A stretch of 64,000 nt of DNA from Chrysomallon squamiferum (lineage: Eukaryota > Animalia > Mollusca). Location: assembly GCA_012295275.1 (NCBI GenBank), contig CM022667.1, positions 5,952,001 to 6,016,000 on the forward strand, given 5' to 3'. Position 1 is the stretch's first letter; every line of letters begins with the position of its first letter. The notes under the pieces are model-generated. The model had not been told where the DNA came from and did no database searches. It was given only the letters and a program-made list of their open reading frames with translations. A program made the translations under genes and the position numbers. This document shows positions 1 through 11,300 of the stretch, one piece after another.

Positions 1-888
1 TGTGTACAGCTCTGTAAAACTGGTTCTTAATAGCCACATAAGAATGAGTTTTGTGTTTGCAGAAACAAGACTGATGTTTCACAGATGTTCATTTTGTAGC
101 TCTATGTGAGCAGTAAAACAAAGGTTTCAAAAATATATTTGTAAAGTGTGCTGACATTATTTCCAGCTTATTTTTATTCATTTTCATGTACAGAAACCAC
201 ATTTGAAAATGAACACTGCCTGTTTACATTTTAGCACTAATACAGGCTCAGCATCTACTTTTTTGCATTAATTTATCAAAGTGGAATAATTATAATAGCA
301 AAACAAAAATTATACAAAATAAAAATAAAAATAACACACAAATATATAAATGTGAAAATTCACCAATAATATTACAATATAAATAACAAATAACTAAACG
401 GTTTTGGATTTTTCTCCTGGATGAGCTTACTTAACACCATTGTACAAATATATGTATAAAGATGTAGAGTAACCTATGGACTGATCACTGCAGTTAGTCT
501 CTTAGATGTCATAACAAACAACAAGTGCACATCATTGAAACAGGACACCTTATTCTCTGATACTGAATTATCATAATACTTATAATGAGATAATGTGAGT
601 AACTATAATAATAATAATAATAATAAACACAATAAGTAAATAAATCTTAAAACAGACCAATATTTAATATGATGAATTTAAGAAAAACGAAAGACCTATT
701 AATTGTTTCATCCATTCAAGTGTGATTCTTCAAAGATATACTTAAATTAATGATTCTAGTCTTAGAAATTAAATTATTAGAATAATTATTAGAATGATTT
801 GTTTGTTAATTTTAATTTATTTCATGAATATTTTTATTTTCTTGCTATAATTAACATCTTTTTCATAAAAATATAATTATTTACTTAC

Positions 889-2280
889 TACTCATTTCTA
901 ATCTCAGTGGTTTACTGGACATTCTAGCAGTATTCAGTTTACAAATCCAGTCTGTGACATCCTGATCTGAAGCTTTGTTAATTGTCAGAGAATACTTCTT
1001 AGTTGTTGACAGTCTGCTGTTTGTCCCATCTCCACACTCTACAGAATAACTCTGTCTGTCAGCTGGAGGATTCCACACAGAACACTGATCTGGTTTCTGT
1101 CTGAGTGAAGCCAAAGCCACATTACCACCATCTTTAAAAAATACTATTCTGTCTTGAAGATTTTCAGCACCTGACACTGTACAAGTCAGAGTAAACTGTT
1201 TGTCTTTGACTAAATGAGATGAAGATCCAGACAAAGTCAATGAAACACAATCTGTAAAATAAAATTGAGAAAATTAAAAAAACACAAAAAAAACCAATTG
1301 TATTCATTTATTCAGTTTTTATTTGTTTATTAATTTATTTATGGTTAACATTATTATTCAGTATTTCTAATGTAATTAACTCTATGGTTATTTAAGATAA
1401 TGAGAGAAGTGACATCATCATTCATGGAAAATGATGCTATTTTTAACTGGCAGCAATGTCTGTGTGTGTGTGTTTTAACCACATTGAAAAGAAAATATAA
1501 AGTACAAACTATGGCTATTAATGGTCTTTGATGGGAAAATCATTACATGAAATGCAGCTGGAATGAACACTATAGAAATTGTGTAAAGTGCAGTATCTGT
1601 ACATTGAATTAACAAAGACATATAGTTCTACCTGACTTACTATCATCATGCAGCAGTTGAGCACAAATATAGATCAACAATATTAGAAAAATCTTGTTCA
1701 TGATTGCAAAATGAAAGTTTTTATTATTGTTTTCCCTTCCTATTACAGTTTAGATATATACAGTTTTAGGAAATTTAGTATTTGTAACATTTTGGGGTGT
1801 GTATTCCATTCATGTTGTAAATTGTTAATTACTCTTTAATTAACATAAACATTCTTTTGAAATTAGAAACAAAATTAGTTTTATCTATTGAAATATCTCA
1901 TGAAAAAAGAAAAATCAATACATAAAAACTGATAATAAAAAAAATGATATAATAAGTTAAAACATTTGTTTGAATTTTAGTTATAGTTAAAGATCACAGT
2001 GCAAATGTATATTGAAAATATGTTTCAGTATTACTCCATTCACTAAATATTGAACAATATATATATATATAATGAAACAAAACTCAGGAAAATGCGGCAG
2101 CTATCATACGTATGAATAAAATAATGTTAATTTTCGCAGCTGATAACCAATAAAAATTAAGTGTGAAGAGGTTGGGTTTTATTAAACAGTTTCTGTAAAT
2201 TTACCTGAATACGTAACACTGCTCAAGAAGAAAACCACTAAAATCAGTTTCTTGTCGACTGTAGAAAACATCGTAGACAT
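889..2280 (-). CDS. Gene A (5' part; continues off the left edge): IgSF receptor with V1-type head
   Basis: Signal-peptide exon 2205-2280 (MSTMFSTVDKKLILVVFFLSSVTYS+G, donor GTAAAT). V-like Ig exon 889-1251 (363 nt, phase 1-1, TTTTACAG acceptor, GTAAGT donor; FTLTC...DVTDWIC). Paralogous to genes B and G. Confidence 0.85.
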
Positions 2281-2329
2281 AACTGATTAATTATAAATAG
2301 AGTCAAGGTTTTAAATTAAAAGTTCGGTT

Positions 2330-2800
2330 CTCACAACAAGTTACAACACCTTGGCTTGCATTTCACTTCCTGGTTTCTTCTGTTAAAATGTGTACATCTA
2401 TTCGGTTTTAGTTAATGCAGTAACATCCGATTTTCCATTTGAATTAAAGTCACAGGATTACGGAGAATACCAGTCATGTAAATCTTAGTTTTGACGTTGT
2501 GTTACAAATAGTAGCGATCTTTTGATACAACAAACTAATTTAACTCACAACGAACTTCCACTAAGTTTACTGTACTGAATATGAAAACTAAAACGAGTCT
2601 ACGCATTACCTCTGCTATCAACAGAACGAAGGGTTATGGTCCGGGAAGTGTGTAGACTTGCGTAGATGATCTGAAATGATTTCTATGTCCCGTTACTCGT
2701 TTACCGTCCTTTTTCTTGGTTGACGGGTGTGTGCAGTCAAACGTTAACAACGAACTAATTCTACATCACAGTTAGCACTGAGAATTTGTTTCACAGGTTA
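2330..2800 (-). promoter_or_regulatory. Conserved upstream/promoter block of gene A with ETS core CCAGGAAGTG (about 2364-2373)
   Basis: Colinear similarity with about 17040-17495 (gene B) and 63340-63880 (gene G). Shared words: cacttcctggttt, ttagttaa(t/c)gca, gcgatc(t/a)tttgatac, aagggttatg, ctaattct, tgtttcac. The ETS core lies about 80-90 nt upstream of the ATG in all three. Confidence 0.6.
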
Positions 2801-3860
2801 TGACAACGTTGCATGTATATATATATAATTTTATTTTAATTTGTTTGTTTTGAAACCTAATTTAATATTTTACAAAATCATTTAAATAATTTGATTTGTT
2901 GGGGAAAAAAGACACTAACATTTTTTTTATTTATGAATTATTTAATTATTTATTTATTTATTTTTATTTATTTATTTATTTATTTTCCTTTCATATATTT
3001 TAATTTTATTGTCGTTTTTGAAACTGGGTCTTTGTTAGTAATATACCTTACATCAAAGAAAGGTGCAAGAAAACATATTTTTAGTCGTACAAGGAAAGTA
3101 TAATTTAATTAAATACAAAGACAACTTTTATCTTTACTCATGATGTGAGGACGCAGACTTTTAGGACAGAAATTAACATACAAAATGTATTCTGTCTTTA
3201 ATCTCTTTATGCAGATTATAAACTAAAACCGCACAGTGAGAGTACGAAGCAAAATGTTCAGTTTGGAGGTGAACCAATTTTTCTCAGGTTTCATAATTCA
3301 GATCTCGATTTAATGTGGCTAACTTCATAACAAATTACACTGGTTTTAAATTAGATACATCTTAGATATGAAATGTTAAATAAATTTAGAAAATTGCATT
3401 TACTTTTTTCCTTATATTCGTTTTAATCTTCATTGACGCATGAATTCTGATTTTCACAGGTAAATGTTAAGGTATAAGCAATCCAGCAGGCCGCGTGGGT
3501 CGTTCATTTCGGTTAAAGCCGAGCTTTGTGCAGTTCCACTTCACTAATTTTCAATCTCGTTTGGGAAACTGATTGTCATGACCTTTTTAAGACGTTTATA
3601 TATTCTACTAGAAGTAGAGTAACATATAGTAGTAAAATAACAGTGCGTTGATCTAAACTGCAAAGTTAGAGAAACTGAACATTTCACACCATCTCACCAA
3701 ATAGCTAACAGAAGATTTCTAGCAGCAAGCTCAGTTTTAATTGCGCTGTAACCAGTTCATTTGGAAAAGGATATTCTCTACAGCCTTTATCACTGTCATA
3801 ACATATCTATTTCTCAAATCCAGCCACTACTTGTTTCCAGCCTATTACCTAAAGTACAAA

Positions 3861-3906
3861 CAGATTACTGGATACAGATTACTGGATACAGATTACTGGA
3901 TACAGA
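3861..3906. repeat. 14-bp tandem repeat (cagattactggata) x3
   Basis: Read directly. Confidence 0.9.
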
Positions 3907-4293
3907 AAACCCATCAAAGTATGTGCACTGTTTCTAGTAGAGTAATCTTCTCTAGTTCTTATATGGAGATGTTTCCCAGCATCTTCCGGACCCTTCTTTA
4001 TTAGTTCAAGTGCATCGACTACAACTATCTCTGTTGTTATTCTCATCTCCCACATCTCGCTCATCTCTGTTTCAGATTCTGCATTTCCTTGAAAACGACG
4101 TTTCTCTCTGAAGGTACAGACATGTCCATAAAAAGGCAGTTTATTTTATTTGTTCTTTTTGTTCTTATTGTTCTTTACAATATTACATGTTATCCTATTT
4201 AGATAATGTTGCAGCTGACCATAGAAATAATTTTGTGATTTCAGAATAACTATTTGGAAAGCATTACAGTACTAGATTAATTTTATTTGATGC

Positions 4294-4464
4294 GATGAGA
4301 TCATTACATCAGTCATCATTACTTTCCTGCAGCAGCATCCTGGCTTTGTGTTTCAACATGACAACGTTAGGCTTACCACTAATCTTCTTGAGTGGAACCA
4401 TATCGAAGTGTTGAATTGGGCATCAAAGTCTCCTGAATTGTTCCCAATTGAGCATGCATGGGCC
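4294..4464 (+). mobile_element. Degenerate Tc1/mariner transposase fragment
   Basis: Translates DEIITSVIITFLQQHPGFVFQHDNVRLTTNLLEWNHIEVLNWASKSPELFPIEHAWA, matching the Tc1 DDE motifs FQ(Q/H)DNA..H and W...SPDLNPIE..W with a short internal deletion. No TIRs recognised. Confidence 0.8.
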
Positions 4465-4555
4465 TACTGGGCTACCACATACACAATCATTATTGAGCCT
4501 CTCTCACCATTTTGGTAGATGTACCCCATGTTTCATTAGCTGACATTAAGGCACA

Positions 4556-4560
<5 letters not shown>

Positions 4561-4592
<32 letters not shown>
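4561..4592. repeat. (TG)n microsatellite
   Basis: Read directly. Confidence 0.95.
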
Positions 4593-4596
<4 letters not shown>

Positions 4597-5348
4597 GTTC
4601 TTTAAAACATCATGCCAACATTTCTCAGCTACAATTTCCTAATTTATAGCCACTGGAAATTTCAACGTTTTTTATATGATCTAATTTTATGCATGAAGTA
4701 TATTTATATATAACTCGAATACTAACAGACAGGTGACATGGTATTTATTTTTATGAAATATATATCACCACTCAGATGAAAGTAAGAATTGAAAGTGCTT
4801 GTATTAAAGATTACATACGGAATCATTCAGTTATTTCCTCTTTACTTTCGATCACAGATAAAATCATGCTGTGAAATTACAAAAGAAAATGTTTAATTTA
4901 TTCACTCATTCATTTATTTTATTTTCATTTCTTTCATTTTGCTTTTATTATATTTTATTATTTCATTGTTATTTTTTCAGTTCTTATAATACTGCAACAG
5001 AGGTCATGAGTTTGCTTAGAAATAACAAAAATAAAATGCAATATATAAAAATAAACTTTATCTGAAATTAGATATTAAAGCCATTATATTAGAGTAATTT
5101 CTGTGAATTATGCTTATATTTCCAGTGTTGGGAGTCTATAAAAATATCTTCAGTTAGAATACAATCCCTCCTCAGTCAAATGTACAGGCTCACAGAGACA
5201 GAAACGTAGTCAACTGAGGTCATACGTGTGGATGTTACTTAATCACGATTTGAAAAAATCCTCAAACATCAGAAATCCGTTCCATTCACAGGATGGTTCT
5301 TTAAATAAACAAATATGAAACACACTACAGAAACGAAAACGTCTGAAT

Positions 5349-8300
5349 TCAGCCTGTGACTTGTGAGTTTTCATAGACGGTGAGTACAGAGTATGGTGAG
5401 TCTTTTCTAGCTTCCAGTGATGAGTAATTGTTTGTAGTATCTGTGTTTCTCTCAGTATCTGAAAAATAGTCTTGATTACACAGTTGTACAGAAGTAGTTG
5501 TGACAGTATTTCTAATAAGGTAAAAATGTAACAGCGACGATAGAGGAAACAACAGAGTTGTTCTGTTGTATCCGAGTTCTCTGATAAATCGCTGAAATAA
5601 TATCTTTTTTTTAGAAACTACAACATTTCATCACAGATAGAAACCACAAATGTTAATATAAAACATGAATTATATATACGTCCAATGATTATTTTCCTTC
5701 TTAATAAATGTATCTGGTTATATGTAAAAATAAATGTAAATGCATTTTGTAGATTTTTATGTTTATTTTTTACCCCAGTAACAGATCACATCCTTTACTG
5801 ATAATAAACAATGTAACATATACAAAGTACTGTAACATAACAACAAAAAACAATATTTGTATTTTATATACATATTTCTCAGTTACCCTGAAAACAAAGA
5901 TCACAGACTTACAGACGGTCTGATTTAACCGCTCAGATTCGCAGAAACTGTTTGATCTGTTACACTTTGTATTTATATACTGACCTTGACTTTGTTGAAG
6001 ATCGTCATAGAGAGAAGATTCCTGTACTGCAGTGTTAAACTGTCTGAAACAAACAAACCACTGAGAAGTCGGAAATCTTGGATTTTATTTATTTAAACTA
6101 ATTTAAATTTGTGTGCATTGTTATGTGTAATATTTCCTCCATATTGATTTTCAGTTTGTTTTTTTTAAATTCAAATTTTCCATATCCTTAATATGTCAAA
6201 ATAACGTAATATTTAATTAGAAATGAAAACGGCTGATATTTATTAATAATTAGTCACAAATTTGGTTTTTATTTCTTCCTTAAATTTTTACAACTTACCT
6301 TGATGTGTACGTTTGGTCAGACTTAAACTTTTCTAAAACAAAAATAATATTAAGAATGTTAGAAATGTAAAACAACATCTCTTATTAATATATGTTTTAC
6401 AACAGTTATTTAGAATTCTTAATTATTTACTGTGATAAGCAGGATTAATAATGTTCCAGCATTTGAGGAGAAAGAATTATTGTTTATATACTGTATCTGA
6501 TATCTTTTGAAGACGATAGTGTCTTTGTAAAATTTACCTTTACTCTTCCTGCAGAAAATTAAAACAATTCCTCCAATTAAAAGTTCTGTAGCCAATGTTA
6601 TTCCAATTCCAACACCAATTCCTGTTCCCAGTAAACACTCTTTTCTTTCTGTACTTTCCGAAGATGATGGAACTGAAAAGAATGCGAAAATTCCTGTGCA
6701 ACAGGCATAATACACACATATCTGTTTCGTTTGTTATGTTTTAAGTGCTCTTTTATATAACAGAATACACTAAACATGTAGCGTTATAGATGGAATTTAC
6801 TATGCATAAAGGCAGGATGAAACATAAGCAAACACTTGAGTATGTAATATTCCATTTTTTCATTCACCATTTTAAATTAATTTGTTCCTTCTACAAAAAG
6901 TGGACATAATAGAAATTGTTATATTACTGCAAATTAAAATATGCTCTTCTTTCACAGAAGTTTTGAAACCAACTTTGTTAAAAGCCAAAACTTGAATTAG
7001 ATGTGGATAAACAGCATAAATCAATTCATATTTAAATACTATTCACATTATGTAATATTAAACAGATGGTAAAATAAATTACCAAAAATATATAACTCTT
7101 TTTTTTTTTTCAAAAAAAACTCTTCACTTAAAAAGGTACACAAGTTTAATACAATCATTTATTTATTTCATTTATCACCTTATTTATTTATTTAAATTCT
7201 AAGTGTATTTTTAACAGAAATTAGCTACCTGTTTCATTCAGGGATAATTTCAAGATAAGCTCTTTCCTTGGTTCTCCATTTGACACAGCAACCTGATAGA
7301 TTCCAAAATCTTCTTGTTTGACATTTGTCAGTTTATATTCACCTACAGCAGACACATTTGTAGTGTTTACAGGTTGTATAGATCCAAGACTTTTATTGTT
7401 TACATCTGTGAATTTATACCAGGTAAATGTTGGAACTGGATTGGCAATCACAGAAATGTGTAGAGTTACATTTCCACCTTCTACAGCAGCAAATTTGTCC
7501 TGAACTGTAACTCGATGATCCAGTCTTGGTGAACCTATAGGAAATAATGTTCTTGTTACTAACATACAAATGATAAAATAAAATAAATTTAAATTAAATA
7601 ATTGTATTTAGTGACTTACATGTAACATTAAGCTGCATACTTTGTCTGACATCAGACTTGATGTTGTTTCCTGCTTCACAAGTGTAAAATCCTGTATCCA
7701 GACATTCAGCTTCATTCCAGCTGTACTCCACTGACTTGGAGTTTTTCACTTCACGTAGAATGTGTGAGTTGTTTAACAGTTTGATGTGAGATGCTGGATT
7801 ACTGTCAACTTCACATCTTAGATACGTAGGAGTCAGTTCATCAACTGTTATCTTTGTAGACTTTGAGTTTAAAGTGAAAGAAGTTACTGAAGTCTGATCT
7901 GTAACAAGTAAAAACAATATGTTGTATTTTGTCAAAAAGCGTTCATTATTAAGTAAGAAGGTTTATACTCATGAAGTGGACAATTGTTTTAATCATTTAT
8001 TTACTCGGTTTTTAATTAATCATTTCAATTTTTTATATGTAAGATTACATGCTTTAAATAATTGAAATTAGTCATGGTTCTACAAACGTCTTTGAAGTCA
8101 CTGAACGAAAAGCAGGGTCTACAGGAAATATAATTGAAAACCTGTTCTATAATATCAATCTGAAATAATAAGTGAATATCATGTGAACTCAACCTGAACA
8201 TAATTATATCTATCTATCTGCCTATCTGTCTGTATGTGTAATACAGATTATTTGTAATAGTTAATAATCCCATTTAATGCCAGGAAAATACAGTTAGTTG

Positions 8301-11300
8301 CATTGATAGTGGTAAATGGTTTGGAGGTGATGGTGGCAATGGACAAAGGGGATTAACTCTAGGTGAGTGGCCCAGTCCAGTATAAGCGGCACATACGCCA
8401 GAAATCAGTCGATTCCATTCAACAGCCATTACAGCCACTGCAGAACAAATTCCCACCCACCAACAACATAAATATGAATGTCATATTCATAACACTGTTC
8501 TCGAGTTTTTCAATTTTGCACGGATTAACAGCAACAGAATCCTGTTGACCAGAGCATGAAAGCCAGATCGACAAGATGCCACCATCATCATCGGCATCAT
8601 GATCAAGGACTGCCGGTTGAAAAAAGTAAAACCAAATGAATAACAATTCATTTTCCTACAATATAAAAAATGTAATGGGTTCAGACAATTTATTTTGTCT
8701 CACTAATGGTGGGACACCTAGGGGACATCTACAGAGCAAAGTTTCATGTGGCTCAGGTTAGGTTCCACCTACTGAACCACAGGGAACAGATCCAAGGATT
8801 CACTGAAGTATGCCAGAGGAATCCACTCCACCTTTGGGGCCGAAGGGAAATGGTTCATTCCCACCCATGAATTTTGCCGAGGGGGTTAAGGTAATGTAGA
8901 TATTTGCCAATTCTCTGACTTAAAGGTCAGGAGCACTGACGAGTCACATACATATCATATCATAAGGGCAATCGGTGAGTCTCCAGGGGTCCCAGGTTAT
9001 TTATAAATTCTTCTTTGGAATTTCTCTTGCTTCTCAACTCATATGATAATTAATATACACATTTTTATTTTATTTTACTTTATTTATTTTTTATTTTTAT
9101 TTTTTTTACTGATTTTTTTTACTGATTTATTTATTGAATTTTGAAAAAAATTTATCTGCCAACTTGAACAAAATCTCTTGTTCCTCTTGTCCACTTTACG
9201 ATGTATTACAAAACACATATTTTTATTTGGAATTTGTTGATTCCTTCTAATTTAAACGTTTAAGTTTGTATAAACATGAGCTATGCAACTCTTGTTTTCA
9301 TTAAATTCATTCATTTACGTTTTTACACAAACTAACAGGGTAAGAAAGAGAAAATAATATATACATTTTTAAAATTTATATATTTTTTAAACAGCTAAAC
9401 TGAACATTATTACAGCTGTGTACCTCAAAATATTAAAACTTCAAAATAACTATAAACATTATAAACATGAATCTGATTTTGACAAATCTTTTACAACTGA
9501 ATCTTTTGCCACCATTTTCATTTCTTTCTTTTTGTTTCTGCTTCTTCTTTTTTCTTCTTTTTCTTTCTTTTCAACTAGTATAATTTTAAAAAAGTATTTG
9601 TATAACGTTGTTTTATTTAATTAGTATTATTTTTTTTTAATAAGTATATAATATATAATATTTTTCTATAAGAACATTTTTCATTTCATTATACATTTAT
9701 ATATTTGTCAAAACATTTCTTAATGTTAAAGTATAAACCCTATTTAGGAAATCAAATTCTGTAAGTTTACTTACATTGAACATCCAAGATAACAGTTTTG
9801 TTTTTTGACTTGTTTGTGTTTACATTGGTGACAATACACACACAGACTCCAGCCTCTGTTCTGTGTATTTGTGTAAAAGAAAGTACGTCATCGTTTATTT
9901 CCTTTGTCTGACACTTCCACTTGTAAGAGCAGACTTCACCACAGTCTGCCTCACACAAAACAGCCACGTTTTTACCTTCTACTATCTGTACTGGTGAACT
10001 TCTGTTCAGTTTAACGTTTTCTGGACCATCTGAAAATGCAGTTAAATTAATTAATAATTATTGCTCTCTGTATTAAAACAGTGTACATGAATATGTGTGT
10101 GAGGGTGTGTGTTCCCAAAGAAGAGAGAAATGTTTTATTTAATGATCATGAAGACAAAGAAAAGAAAACAACATACTTTCAAGTGATTAATTTTTGTGTT
10201 ATTGTTTTGTTATTTTTTTTTTTTTTTTACCAATTTTAAGTAACAAAGTACAATGCATAAAAAGGGTTCAGTTATCAAGGATCTCGTACTGTTATTATTT
10301 GTAGCAGTGGAATACTCTATTAGAAAGTGGACACATTTTATTGTTCTTCACAAAATATTTTGTTTTAATGTGTGATCAAACAAATTTTTAAGACCGTATA
10401 TGCATTTCTAAACAAAGACATATGTTATTTTTCATTTCTCTAATAATCCTGTTTTAATACAAATTAAACAAAAGCCAGATTATTGCTGCTTCTACAAACA
10501 GCCTTCAACTTTTGTTTTTCTTTGTAAATATCAAGCAAATTCAAAGAAACATATGCAACTGTCAGTATGTCATCTTAATTAAATTCAGTTTGTGATGCAA
10601 GAAAACTGAAATATGCAAATATTTTTAACAATACTATTTTTTTGTTTTATTTTGCATAGAGCTATTACTGGACATCTATCAACAACAACATCATCAACAT
10701 TAACAACAACAACAATAATAATAATAATAATTAAAATAATTATATAAAATAATTTGAAAACATACAAAAAATTAATTTAGATCAATTATAAATACATAAA
10801 TTTCTAAGATTATTTTTAAACAAAACTCACAGTATACTTTCAGAGTGAAACTTTTAGTGAGAGATTTGGCTGAGACTCTGTTAGTCACAGTACATGTGTA
10901 CTTCTGTCCTGTCTGGTTTCTTCTCACATTTGTAACACTGACCTGAGACCCTGACTCAGTCTGTTGATTGTTAAGTGACCAGGAAAACAAACATGGCGGC
11001 TTGCAGACAGCAACACAGTTTACATTCAAATCATCTCCTTCTTCAACATTTCCTGGTGAAGTCAGCTCTACACTGTCTGGTCCACCTAAAAATAAAATAA
11101 TAATACTTCAAATAATAACAATAATAATAATAAAAAATAATAAAAAATACTGCTACTACTACTACTAATAATAATAATAAAAAATTTAACATGTGATCTT
11201 TTAATTTGCTAAAGATAACTTCCATTAATGACCATATGTTAAGGTGTATATTACATTTGCTGATATGTAATATGCATTAGAATAAACAATTACTGCTTTT

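Noticed and set aside
7318-7503. Recurrent antisense ORFs ([11 protein letters not shown]... also at 33913, 45403, 56802; MKEQDVRQ...; MLTVLHCTT...)
   Set aside because: Opposite-strand shadows of the conserved Ig exons; they recur only because the exons do.
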